DNA from: Eledone cirrhosa
Lineage: Eukaryota
DNA length: 64,000 bases
NCBI GenBank assembly: GCA_964016885.1
Contig: OZ024745.1
Coordinates: 118,358,001-118,422,000 of the forward strand
Direction of reading: 5' to 3'
In this document: positions 1 through 12,294 of the stretch, in pieces
How the letters are laid out: each line of letters begins with the position of its first letter
How positions within the stretch are numbered: the first letter of the stretch is position 1
The notes under the pieces: model-generated
Databases searched by the model: none
Seen by the model: the letters and a program-made list of their open reading frames with translations, nothing else
Told to the model about the DNA's origin: nothing
Made by a program: the position numbers and the translations under genes

Positions 1-289
1 ATTGTTTCCTCGGTTTGATTTTGATGAAAGTCAATTGACTCCTTAGGAACAATACTGCTCCAATTTAAATACAAAGTACCAAAAGAAAAAAAAATACAAA
101 AACCCTCAAAATGACCAATCTAGAGCACAGTTGCGTATTCCATATAACATTTATATATCATCATCATTTTTACATAGACTTTTCCATTTTGGCATGGGTT
201 GGATGGGACTTTATGGGGTACTGTTTTACAGTCAGATGCACTTACAACATACAAGGAAATGGTGGACCTATTCTAAACCAGATATGTAT

Positions 290-427
290 AAATGTGGTTG
301 GCATTAGGAAGGGCATCCAGTTGTATATGAGCAAGATACGGTCACCTAACCCAACCTGCCTCAAATGGGACAACCCGCTAACCCATGTTAACATGGAAGG
401 TGGACGTTAAACAGCGATGATGATGAT
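290..427 (+). mobile_element. RTE LINE 3' UTR/tail fragment
   Basis: GTTGGCATTAGGAAGGGCATCCAG ... AACCCATGTTAACATGGAAGGTGGACGTTAAACAGCGATGATGAT matches the 3' ends of the long RTE copies in this window. Confidence 0.75.
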
Positions 428-496
428 ATATATATATAATCATCATCGCTGTTTAACGTCCACCTTATATATATACGTCCCACTATATATATATAG

Positions 497-947
497 TGGG
501 ATGAGGTGATAAAAACTGACCATGCCCAATTGCACCTCTCAAAGGTGATGACACAAGACCGTGACCTCTGGCGTCATGCAGTAATTCAGAAGACCAGACT
601 TCACACGAGTACAAGCTGAAGCTGAAGCATATAGACAGTATGCCTCCACCCCATCTCATTGCAAAGTGGTTGTGGAGGTGTCACAACAAAAAAGTACCCA
701 TACCACACTGTAAAGTGGTCGTGTAGGCACCATGGTAAAAAAGCATCCAGTATTCACTGTAAAAAGCACCCAGCACTCACTGTAAATGAAGTTGGTGTTA
801 GGAAGGGCATCCAGCTGTAGAAATCCAGCCAAAATCAGTTCTGTATGAACAAGACAAGGTCACCCGACCTAGCATTGCCCACAACAGGACAACTCGTCTA
901 ACCCATGCTAGCGTTGAAGAATGGATGTAAAACGGTGATGATGATGA
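497..947 (+). mobile_element. 5'-truncated RTE LINE (ORF end plus 3' UTR)
   Basis: Encodes WDEVIKTD...LHLSKVMTQDRDLWRHAVIQKTR, then the shared 3' UTR and a (GAT)n tail. Confidence 0.85.
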
Positions 948-1275
948 GTGCTTTACTGTGGTGGTATCGGAACAAGTTCTCTATGCACAGGCAGAATGTA
1001 TATATTGAAAAGAATGATGAAGTTTTGTTTACATGTATTTAGATACACAATAAAAAATCTATATACATGTAAATGAAATTTCATTGTTCTTTTGGATATA
1101 TATGTATATACACTTGTCAACGTCCATGTGCAAAGAATGGTCAACTCATATACACTTCTGGTTTCAGCACAACCTCACTGGAGTTGAAAATCCGTTGGGT
1201 GAGACGGAGTATGGTTTGCTAATTTGTTGTGGAACTAACTTATATATATGGATTGGTGCAGCAGCATCATTGTCA

Positions 1276-3016
1276 ACTGCTACAAGGGTAAAGGTGATGC
1301 ACTAGATAGAGGAAACTATAGATGTATAAAGCTGATGGACCAGGTCATGAAAGTAACAGAAAGAGTTATAGCATAGTTGATTAGGGACCAGATAAAACTA
1401 AATGAGATGCAATTTGGGTTTGTACCAGGAAAAGGCACCGCTGATGCCCTTGTGAGGCAGTTACAGGAAAAGTACCTAGCTAAAAGTAAGCTGCTATACC
1501 TGGCATTCGTCGATCTGGAAAAAGCCTTCGGCACAGACCCCGTGCTATAATCTGGTGGGCTCTTAGAAAATTAGGAGTAGATAAATGGCTTGTGAAGGCT
1601 GTACAAGACATGTATAGAGGAGCAGTCAGCAAAGTTAGGGTTAGCAATGACTATAGCGAAGAATTTAGCATACAGGTCGGTGTCCACCAGGGCTCTATTC
1701 TTAGCCCTTTCCTGTTCATTATAGTTTTGCAGGCAATAACGGAGGAGTTTAACACTGGATGCCCATGGGATCTCATATATGCAGATGATCTTGCACTTAT
1801 AGCTGAATCTATGGTGGAACTAGAGAAGAAATTCCAAAACATGGAAGCACTGACTAGAAAGAAAGGGTCTCAAAGTCAAGCTGACAAAGACTAAGGTTCT
1901 TGTAAGTAGACGAGAAAACATAACCCAGATCCCCTCAAGGAAATGGCCTTGCTCAGTATGTAGGAAAGGTATAGGTAGGAACTCCATCCTCTGCCCCATA
2001 TGCAAACAATGGGTACACAAGAGATGTAGTGGGATCTCAAGAAGCTTAACTAAGAATGTAGGCTTCACCTGTAGCAGCTGCGCTGGGACAGCAAGCAGCA
2101 ATCGGCCACAGGAAACAAGCACCACCAAACTCTGTGACCGATTAGCAGCGGAGGTGGGTGTTCGGAAAGTACAATAACTAGGATAAGAACAGGATGGAAG
2201 AAGTTCAGGGAGCTACTGCCACTGCTAGCTGCAAAAGGCTTTTTCCTCAAAATGAAAGGCAGACTGTATGATGCGTGTATACGAACAGCAATGTGACATG
2301 TTGAGAGACCTGGGGACTGTGTGTAGAAGATTTGTGTAGATTAGAAAGAAACGAAGCTTGCATGCTCCGATGGATGTGTAATAGTAATATACGCGAACGG
2401 CAAAGCATAAACAAATTGAGAGAGAGACTAAGCACAAGAGGAATCAAATGCTGTGTGCAGGAGAGGCGGTTGCGTTGGAATGGACATGTGATGCGTATGA
2501 AGGATGACAGCTGCATAAAAAGGTGCAGAGCACTATAAGTCAATGGAAACCACGGAATGGGGAGACCCAAGAAGACCTGGGATGAGGTGATAAAAGCCGA
2601 CCTTACCCAACTACACCTCTCAAAGGCGATGACACACGACCGTGACCTCTGGCATCACGCAGTAATACAGAAGACCCGACCTCCCATGGGTACAAGCTGA
2701 AGCTGAAGTATATAGACAATATGCCCCCAAACCCTCCCACTGCAAAGTGGTCATGGAGGTGCCACGGCAAAAAAGCACCCAGCCCACACTGTAAAGTGGA
2801 CGTGTAGGCACCACGGAAAAAAAACACCCAGCACTCACTGTAAATGAGGTTGGTGTAAGGAAGGGCACCCAGCTGTAGAAATCAAGCCAAAATCAGTTCC
2901 TGTATGAGCAAGACAAGGTCAGCCGACCGGACACTGCCCACAACAGGACAACCCGTCTAACCCATGCTAGCGTGGAAGAACGGATGTAAAACGGTGATGA
3001 TGATGATGATGATGAT
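1276..3016 (+). mobile_element. Degenerate 5'-truncated RTE LINE, reverse transcriptase region
   Basis: YKGKGDALDRGNYR, QFGFVPGKGT, GVHQGSILSP, LIYADDL and RLRWNGHVMRM occur across several frameshifts. It ends in the 3' UTR and (GAT)n. Same subfamily as the copy at 9992-11636. Confidence 0.92.
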
Positions 3017-3102
3017 ATATATATATATACATATATTACATGTGAAGTGTGAAACTAATAAGAATTCTTGTACCTCTGTTTGTTGTTTCCTTGAACTATA
3101 TA

Positions 3103-3136
<34 letters not shown>

Positions 3137-3155
3137 CACACACAAACATCTACAC

Positions 3156-3190
<35 letters not shown>

Positions 3191-3213
3191 GACAACACAT
3201 GTAAACTCTAAAC

Positions 3214-3306
3214 TTTCATATCTGAAGAAGTGTTAATTAAGAGTCAGGATCTGATCACATGATCAAACCCGAGCTGATCAATATGGAAACAAATTGTAAT
3301 ATGAAA
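3214..3306 (+). ncRNA. Type I hammerhead ribozyme-like motif (Penelope pLTR type)
   Basis: Stem I TTTCATAT/ATATGAAA, core CTGAAGA ... GAAAC, short stem III AC-AAATT-GT, cleavage triplet GTA, followed by AATAAA. Confidence 0.7.
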
Positions 3307-3729
3307 TAAAGTTTACAAAAAGCTGCAATTGTTATTGTCACTTTATATACACTCTGCAATCTACAGCCGCCTTAAACCTGGAACACAACCCAATGAGGGA
3401 CTGACACAGTAACAGCATCGAGTGCTTCTACCAGAATCACTGCTAGTAACTAGAACTTACCCACCTAATAACATATATATATATATATATATATATGCAT
3501 GTATACATAACTATATATAAGTAAACATTTCCTTAAATGTATATACCAAAAAGAGAAAGCAAGAAGAATATGAATGAGGAGAGAGAGGGAGTAGATAGAA
3601 AGAGGAAGAGACTAATGAAGGGGGGGGGGCGTGACAACAGAATATAAGAGAAACAAAGAAAGTGAAAAAGAGAGACAACATAGGAAGTTATAAAACTATT
3701 TCATATAAAATGCAGCAGATGTATAAAAA

Positions 3730-4265
3730 TACACACACACATACATAGACACAGAGGCACACACATACAGACACAGTCAGACACATACACACATACATAC
3801 ACACATAGGCACACACATACAGACAGTCAGACACATACACACATACACATACATAGGGACAGAGGCACACACATACAGACACATACACACATACACATAC
3901 ATAGACACAGAGGCACACACATACAGACAGTCAGACACATACACATACATAGACAGAGAGGCACACACATACAGACACATACACACACACACACATACAT
4001 AGGCACAGAGGCACACACACACAGACACAATCAGACACATACACACATACATAGACACAGAGGCACACACATACAGACACATACACACACACACATACAT
4101 AGACACAGAGGCACACACATACAGACACATACACACATACAGACAGACACACACACACACACACACATATACATAGACACACACACAGACACAGACAGAG
4201 GCACACACATACATACACAGGCAGATACATAGACACACACACACACTGACAGACACGCACACACA
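3730..4265. repeat. (CA)-derived compound minisatellite
   Basis: Recurrent ACATAGACACAGAGGCACACACATACAGAC units. Confidence 0.9.
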
Positions 4266-4302
4266 GATACTAAAAAAATAACAAAATCTCTCAGGTTACC
4301 AA

Positions 4303-4470
4303 ATGATGACGATGGTGATGGTGATGGTGATGATGGTGATGGTGATGGTGATGATGATGGTGATGGTGATGGTGATGATGATGGTGATGATGGTGATGGT
4401 GATGGTGATGATGGTGATGATGATGATGATGATGATGGTGATGGTGATGGTGATGATGATGGTGATGATG
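4303..4470. repeat. (GAT/GGT)n microsatellite
   Basis: Direct reading of the sequence. Confidence 0.95.
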
Positions 4471-4504
4471 GCATGTTTATAGTAAAGTTCATTGAAGTGA
4501 ATTA

Positions 4505-4687
4505 TTGCCAGTATCGGTAGAGGGTCAGACGCCATGCATTGCAGCATAGAGTTGCGGCCCTATACGTTCTGAGTCCAAATCCCGCCGAGGTTAACTTTGC
4601 CTTTCATCCTTACGGGGTCGATAAAATAAAGTACCAGTAATGTACTGGGTAATTGCTGGCCTTGTGCCTAAAGTAGAAACAATTATT
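4505..4687 (+). mobile_element. tRNA-derived SINE, family A
   Basis: A-box-like TTGCCAGTATCGGTAG, B-box-like GAGTCCAAATCC, central GCCTTTCATCCTTACGGGGTCGATAAAATAAAGTACCAG. More than 10 copies or fragments occur in the window, and a partial head follows at 4704-4792. Confidence 0.85.
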
Positions 4688-4852
4688 ATGATGTTTATGT
4701 AATGGTGGATTGGCAGTATCGGTAGAGCATTGCACAACATGCTTTGCAAGCACAGAGTTACAGCCCTTTACATTTTTAGTTCAAGTCCCATCAAGTGATG
4801 GCATTGGTTCCGATAATGTTGATTGCACTTCTTGGGTTGATGATGGTAGCTG

Positions 4853-5235
4853 TAGTGGTGTAGAGGATGGTGATGGTGGTGGTGGTGGTGGTGGTGGTGG
4901 TGGTGGTGGTGATGGTGGTGATGGTGGTGGTGTAGAGGATGGTGATGGTGGTAGTGATGGTGGTGGTGGTGGTAGTGATGGTGGTGGTGATGGTAGTGAT
5001 AGTGGTGGTGGTGTTGGTGGTGGTGATGGTGGTGGTGGTGGTAGTGATGTTGGTGATGGTGGTGGTGGTGGTGGTGGTGATGGTGGTGGTGGTGTTGGTG
5101 GTGGTGATGGTAGTGATGGTGGTGGTGGTGGTGGCGGTGGTGTTGGTGGTGGTGATGGTGGTGGTGGTGGTGTAGAGGATGGTGATGGTGGTGGTGGTAG
5201 TGATGGTGGTGATGGTGGTGGTGGTGCTGGTGGTA
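4853..5235. repeat. (GGT)n-rich microsatellite
   Basis: Direct reading of the sequence. Confidence 0.95.
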
Positions 5236-5274
5236 ACAACTTTAGTTATGGTGCTATTACTGGCTAATATTGAT

Positions 5275-6078
5275 AACAACACTACCAACAACACACACAA
5301 CAACACCACCAACAACAACACCACCAACAACACCAACACCAATACCACCACCACCACCAACAGCACCAACAACACCAACACCAACACCACCACCAACACC
5401 ACCAACAATACCAACAACACCACCACCACCAACAACAACACCACCAACAACACCAATACCAACAACACCACCAACAATACCAACAACACCAACACCAACA
5501 CCACCAACAACACCACCAACACCGACACCAACACCAACACCGACACCACCAACAACACCACCACCAACAACACCAACAACACCAATACCAACAACACCAC
5601 CAACAATACCAACAACACCAACACCAACACCAACACAAACAACACCACCAACACCGACACCACCAACAACAACAACACCACCAACAAAACCACCACCACC
5701 AACAACAACACCACCAACACCACCACCAAAACCACCACAACCAACAACACCACCACCACCAACACCACCACCACCACCAACAACAACAACACCAACACCA
5801 CCAAAACCACCACCAATAACACCACCACCAACAACACCACCACCACCACCACCAACAACACCACCAACACCAACACCAACACTAACACCAACACCAACAA
5901 CACCAACACCACCAAAACCACTAACAACAACACCACCACCACCAACAACACCAACAACACCAACACCAACACCACCAACAACAACACCACCAACACCACC
6001 AACACCACCAACACCACCAACAACAACACTAACACCAACAACACCAACACCACCAAAACCACTAACAACAACACCAAC
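5275..6078. repeat. (ACC/AAC)n microsatellite
   Basis: Direct reading of the sequence. Confidence 0.95.
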
Positions 6079-6309
6079 AGTATGTTCGTGTGCGTTTCTG
6101 CAAATCTATGTGTGTTTGTGCAAATGTGTATGTATGTTTGTGCGAGTGTATATGTGTGTTTTCGTGTGTGAGCGTATATGTGTTTTTCCGAGTGTACATA
6201 TGTGTGTCTGTTTGTTCAAGTATGTATGTGTATGTTTATGCAAGTGTGTATGCGTGTATTTGTGAAAGTGTTTTTGTTAAAGATGTTTTAAAGATTGTAC
6301 CGGTGAGGC

Positions 6310-6960
6310 TGCTGGGTGGGCAGATAGATGTGGGGTGGGTGGGCAGAAGGTGGGTAGACAGGTGGGTATGTAGGTGGGTGGGTAGATATGTAGTGGGTGG
6401 GTGGGTAGATATGTAGGTAGGTGGGTCGGTGGGTAAGTAGATATGTAGGTGGATAGGTCGGTGGGTAAGTAGATATGTAGGTGGGTAGGTCGGTGGGTAA
6501 GTAGATATGTAGGTGGGTAGGTCGGTGGGTAAGTAGATATGTGAGTAGGTAGGTCGGTGGGTAAGTAGATATGTAGGTCGGTAGGTCGGTGGGTAAGTAG
6601 ATACGTAGGTAGGTAGGTCGGTCGGTGGGTAAGTAGATATGTAGGTAGGTAGGTCGGTGGGTAAGTAGATATGTAGGTGGGTAGATAGATGGGCGGGTGG
6701 CTAGTCATGTAGGTGGTAGGGTAGACATGTAGATGGGTGGGTAGCTATGTAGGTGGGTGGGTAAATGGGTGGGTGGGTAGATATGTAGGTGTTAGGGTAG
6801 ATAAGTATGTGGGTGAGTAGACATGTAGATGGATAGATAATAGATAGATGGGTAGATAAGTAAATCAATAGGTGGGTGAATGTTTGTGCATGATGTAGGT
6901 GGGAGGGAGGGTAGATACAGAGGAGAAAGGTGGGTAGATAGATAGGTAGATGTGTAGGTG
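6310..6960. repeat. G-rich tetranucleotide tract containing a 32-bp minisatellite
   Basis: Unit GTAGGTGGGTAGGTCGGTGGGTAAGTAGATAT, about 8 copies at ~6410-6680. Confidence 0.85.
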
Positions 6961-7302
6961 GACTTGTGAGTGGTAGTTAGTTTTAGTATCTTTTGGAGAT
7001 TGGTAGTTTGTTGAGCGAGTAGGTAGGTTGAACGACCGATATTTAGTGCTGCAACAGTACAACAACAATAAGTACTCTTAGAGATACACAAATACATATG
7101 CAGACATGTGAGTGTGAGTGTGTGTGTGGATGTGTGTGAGTGTGAGTGTGTGTGGATGTATGCGTGGGGAGGTATTTATCAGAAACAGCAGTAGCAATGT
7201 TAAAAAAAAGATAATAAAACTAATAATAAAAGTAAAGTTGGTGTAACAGATTACGTGGAGTGAGACAGAGACTCCTACCAGGCCAGAACCCACCACTGTA
7301 GA

Positions 7303-7409
7303 CTAAATCTTAATTGTAGACTGAGACAGGGCTGCACTGCAACTGCAGAGCTCGCTAATTTCACTGGGTAATATTTGGAGAACTTTCACATACAGCCATT
7401 GCAACCTTA
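7303..7409 (-). other. Candidate terminal exon of an unidentified transcript
   Basis: Unique sequence between repeats, with acceptor-like TTTATTTAG after a long CT tract. Open frame RLQWLYVKVLQILPSEISELCSCSAALSQSTIKI*. No homology recognised. Confidence 0.2.
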
Positions 7410-7435
7410 CTAAATAAATGTAGACAGGGACAGCA

Positions 7436-7700
7436 GATAGAGAGAGAGAGGGGGGGTGGACAGAGAGACAGGGTGAGAGAGAGAGAGTGTGAGAGAGAAA
7501 CAGAGAGAGAGGAAGAGAGAGAGAGAGAGGGAGAAGGGGAGAGAGAGAGACAGAGGCACAAAGAAGAAAAGAGAGAGAGAGTGACAGAGAGACAGAGAGA
7601 GAGGAGTAAAGGGAGATCATAGAGAAAAAGCGAGAAAGAGACAGAGAGAGACAGACAGACAGAAGGACAAAGAGAGAGAGAGAGAGAGTGAATGAGAAGC
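7436..7700. repeat. (GA)n-rich microsatellite
   Basis: Direct reading of the sequence. Confidence 0.9.
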
Positions 7701-7917
7701 ACAGAAATGTATGTAAATCAACTACCCCCCCCCCCCCCCCCCCCTTACCACACAACATGTGTTTTGTCTATCACATCGATGTAACATAACTGTCACTATT
7801 GCTGAAAATGTCTCCTCCCCCCACACCACCGTTTATATACAGTGCAACGTCCCCACCACCACCATCATACACCCGCCCCCCACCACCCTGTCATCATACA
7901 CTGACACCCCCCCCCCC

Positions 7918-9512
7918 ATCAATATGCTGTGCACCGTCCTCACCACCACCACCACCATCAATATACAGTGCACCGTCCTCACCACCACCACCACCATCAT
8001 CAATATACAGTGCACCGTCCCCACCACCACCACCATCAATATACAGTGCACCGTCCCCACCACCATCAATATACAGTGCACCGTCCCCACAACCACCACC
8101 ACCATCAATATACAGTGCACCGTCCTCACCACCACCACCACCACCATCAATATACAGTGCACCGTCCCCACCACCACCAATATACAGTGCACCGTCCCCA
8201 CCACCACCACCATCAATATACAGTGCACCGTCCTCACCACCACCACCATCAATATACAGTGCACCGTCCTCACCACCACCACCATCAATATACAGTGCAC
8301 CGTCCTCACCACCACCACCATCAATATACAGTGCACCGTCCCCACCACCACCACCATCAATATACAGTGCACCGTCCCCACCACCACCACCATCAATATA
8401 CAGTGCACCGTCCTCACCACCACCACCATCAATATACAGTGCACCGTCCTCACCACCACCACCATCAATATACAGTGCACCGTCCCCACCACCACCACCA
8501 TGAATATACAGTGCACCGTCCTCACCACCACCACCATCAATATACAGTGCACCGTCCTCACCACCACCACCATCAATATACAGTGCACCGTCCTCACCAC
8601 CACCACCATCAATATACAGTGCACCGTCCCCACCACCACCACCATCAATATACAGTGCACCGTCCTCACCACCACCACCATCAATATACAGTGCACCGTC
8701 CTCACCACCACCACCATCAATATACAGTGCACCGTCCCCACCACCACCACCATCAATATACAGTGCACCGTCCCCACCACCACCACCATCAATATACAGT
8801 GCACCGTCCTCACCACCACCACCATCAATATACAGTGCACCGTCCTCACCACCACCACCATCAATATACAGTGCACCGTCCCCACCACCACCACCATGAA
8901 TATACAGTGCACCGTCCTCACCACCACCACCATCAATATACAGTGCACCGTCCTCACCACCACCACCATCAATATACAGTGCACCGTCCTCACCACCACC
9001 ACCATCAATATACAGTGCACCGTCCCCACCACCACCACCATCAATATACAGTGCACCGTCCCCACCACCACCACCATCAATATACAGTGCACCGTCCTCA
9101 CCACCACCACCATCAATATACAGTGCACCGTCCTCACCACCACCACCATCAATATACAGTGCACCGTCCCCACCACCACCACCATCAATATACAGTGCAC
9201 CGTCCTCACCACCACCACCATCAATATACAGTGCACCGTCCCCACCACCACCACCATCAATATACAGTGCACCGTCCCCACCACCACCACCACCACCATC
9301 AATATACAGTGCACCGTCCCCACCACCACCAATATACAGTGCACCGTCCCCACCACCACCACCATCAATATAGAGTGCACCGTCCCTACCACCACCACCA
9401 TCAATATACTGTGCACCGTCCCTACCACCACCACCACCAATATACAGTGCACCGTCCCCACCACCACCATCAATATACTGTGCACTGTCCCCACCACCAC
9501 CACCACCACCAC
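7918..9512. repeat. 36-bp minisatellite, ~43 copies
   Basis: Unit AATATACAGTGCACCGTCC(C/T)CACCACCACCACCATC. Length variants differ by whole CAC triplets. Confidence 0.97.
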
Positions 9513-9749
9513 CCTGTCATCATACCCTGACACCACCACCAGCACCCTGACACCACCACCACCACCCTGACACCACCACCACCACCCTGACACCACCACC
9601 ATCCTATACTGCAGATCTGCAATACATACAGCAGAGGAACTGGCCTTGACCTGAATAACATTTGGCAGATCAAGATTTCTTTTATATTTCTCTCTTTGTA
9701 TATCTGTGTGTGTATATATATATATATATGTATATATGTATAGATATAT

Positions 9750-9804
<55 letters not shown>

Positions 9805-9919
9805 TACATATATATATATGTATACATATATACACATATATATATAAACCCATGCAAGTGTGGAACATGGACGTTAAACGATGATGATGATGATGATACA
9901 CACATATACATATATACAC

Positions 9920-9952
<33 letters not shown>

Positions 9953-9991
9953 CATATATATACATACACACACACATATATATATATATAT

Positions 9992-11636
9992 ATCATCATC
10001 ACCATCATCACCGTTTTACGTCCGTTCTTCCACGCTAGCATGGGTTAGACGGGTTGTCCTGTTGTGGGCAGTGTCTGGTCGGCTGACCATGCCTTGCTCA
10101 TACAGGAACTGATCTGGCTTGATTTCTACAGCTGGATGCCCTTCCTAACACCAACCTCATTTACAGTGAGTGCTGGGTGCTTTTTCGTGGCGCCTACACG
10201 TCCACTTTACAGTGTGGGCTGGGTGCTTTTTTGCCGTGGCACCTCCACGACCACCTTGCGGTGGGGGGGGGGGGGGGGGGGGGGCATATTGTTTATATGC
10301 TTCAGCATGTACCCATGGGAGGTCGAGTACCCTGTATTACTGCGTGACGCCAGAAGTCACGGTCGTGTGTCATTGACTTTGAGAGGTGTAGTTGGGTAAG
10401 GTCGGCTTTTATCACCTCATCCCAAGTCATCTTGGGTCTCCCCACTCCGCGGTTTCCATCAACTTCTAGTGCTCTGCACCTTTTTATGCAGCTGTCATCC
10501 TTCATACGCATCACATGTCCATACCAGCGTAACCGCCTCTCCTGCACGCAGCATTTGATTCCTCTTATGCTCAGTCTCTCTCTCAATTCATTTATGCTTT
10601 GTCGTTCACGTATATTACTGTTACACATCCATCGGAGCATGCAGGCTTCGTTTCTCTCTAATCTACGTAAGTCTTCCACCTTCAGCGCCCAGGTCTCACT
10701 ACCATGCAACATCGCTGTTCGGATACACGCATCATACAGTCTGCCTTTCATTCTGAGGGAGAAGCCTTTTGCAGCTAGCAGTGGTAGTAGTTCCCTAAAC
10801 TTCTTCCATCCCGTTCTTACCCTAGTTATTGTACTTTCTGAGCACCCACCTCCGTTGCTAATTCGGTCACCTAGGTAGCAGAAGCTGTCTACTGTTTCTA
10901 CAGGGCCCTCCCAGAGATTGGTGGTACTTGTTTCCTGTGGCTGTTTGCTTGCTGTTTCAGCACAGCTGCTGCATGTGAATCCTACATTCTTAATTAAGCT
11001 TCCTGAGATCCCGCTACATCTCTTGTGTACCCATTGTTTGCATTTGGGGCAAAGAATGGAGTTCCTACCTACACCTTTCCTACATACTGAGCAAGGCCAT
11101 TTCCCTGAGGGGATCTGGGTTCTGTTTTCTCGTCTACTTATAAGGACCTTAGTCTTTGTCATGTTGACTTTGAGGCCCTTTCTCTCTAGTCCCTGCTTCC
11201 AGGTTTGGAATTTATTCTCTAGTTCTACCATAGATTCAGCTATGAGTGCGAGGTCATCAGCATACAGGAGTTCCCATGGGCATCCGGTCTTAAACTCCTC
11301 CGTTATTGCCTGCAGGACTATGATGAACAGGAGAGGGCTAAGAACAGAGCCCTGGTGGACCCCAACCTGTACGCTAAATTCCTCGCTATACTCATTGCCA
11401 ATCCTAACTTTGCTGACTGCTCCCCTATACATGGCTTGTACCGCTTTCACAAGCCATTCATCTACTCCTAGTTTTCTAAGAGCCCACCAGATTACTGCAC
11501 GTGGAACTCTGTCAAAGGCTTTCTCAAGGTCGACAAATGCCAAGTAGAGTGGCTTACTTTTAGCTAGGTACTTTTCCTGTAATTGCCTCACAAGGAAGAG
11601 CGCATCAGTGGTGCCTTTCCCTGGAACAAACCCCAT
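9992..11636 (-). mobile_element. Young 5'-truncated RTE LINE
   Basis: Uninterrupted RT and C-terminal ORF, then the 3' UTR and a (GAT)n tail at ~9992-10010. Confidence 0.95.
10302..11636 (-). CDS. RTE reverse transcriptase, N-terminally truncated but open frame
   Basis: GFVPGKGTTDA, AFVDLEKAFDRV, GVHQGSVLSPLLF, LLYADDL, a Cys-rich insertion (CSVC...C..C...VHKRC...C..C), FCYLGD, RRLRWYGHVMRM. Confidence 0.9.
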   Translation of the reverse strand: MGFVPGKGTTDALFLVRQLQEKYLAKSKPLYLAFVDLEKAFDRVPRAVIWWALRKLGVDEWLVKAVQAMYRGAVSKVRIGNEYSEEFSVQVGVHQGSVLSPLLFIIVLQAITEEFKTGCPWELLYADDLALIAESMVELENKFQTWKQGLERKGLKVNMTKTKVLISRRENRTQIPSGKWPCSVCRKGVGRNSILCPKCKQWVHKRCSGISGSLIKNVGFTCSSCAETASKQPQETSTTNLWEGPVETVDSFCYLGDRISNGGGCSESTITRVRTGWKKFRELLPLLAAKGFSLRMKGRLYDACIRTAMLHGSETWALKVEDLRRLERNEACMLRWMCNSNIRERQSINELRERLSIRGIKCCVQERRLRWYGHVMRMKDDSCIKRCRALEVDGNRGVGRPKMTWDEVIKADLTQLHLSKSMTHDRDFWRHAVIQGTRPPMGTC

Positions 11637-11997
11637 GCGACCCTCAGTTCCTACCCCCCCCCCCCCTCTATGCACTTCTTTAAGGCTTACTACCCTGTCT
11701 TTAACCTAATTCATTCAATCTGAAAATATTGAAGAGATAAGACACTTTGCCATTCTTCTCTGCTAAAATGTACCAGTAGAGCTGATTCAAATTTTCCCAG
11801 CCAGCCATCCACCTAATCTATACACACACACATATATATATATATATACACACATATATATATATATATATGATTTCTAATGAATGAAACAGTTCTAGTC
11901 CTGTAGAATCTCATCTATATTAAAACTTTTATACTCTGCTATGTATTGAGTACCTTACTTACTGTGGTTACCTCCGATTCAACCCGGAATAACGCAC

Positions 11998-12060
<63 letters not shown>

Positions 12061-12246
12061 TATATATATATATACACACATATATATTTATATACATACA
12101 CATATATATATATATACACATATATATATACACATATATATATATATACACATATATATATATATACACACACACATATATATATATATATATACATATA
12201 CACACACACACATATATACACACATATACACACACACACCTACATA

Positions 12247-12294
<48 letters not shown>

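Noticed and set aside
4505-4580. tRNA genes
   Set aside because: The A/B boxes belong to SINE heads, and no full cloverleaf is evident.
4710-6265. Gly-, Pro-, Thr/Asn- and Val-rich long ORFs
   Set aside because: They are translations of trinucleotide microsatellites that are open in most frames.
7918-9512. CRISPR-like appearance of the 36-bp repeat
   Set aside because: There are no unique spacers and no cas genes. It is a pure tandem repeat in eukaryotic DNA.
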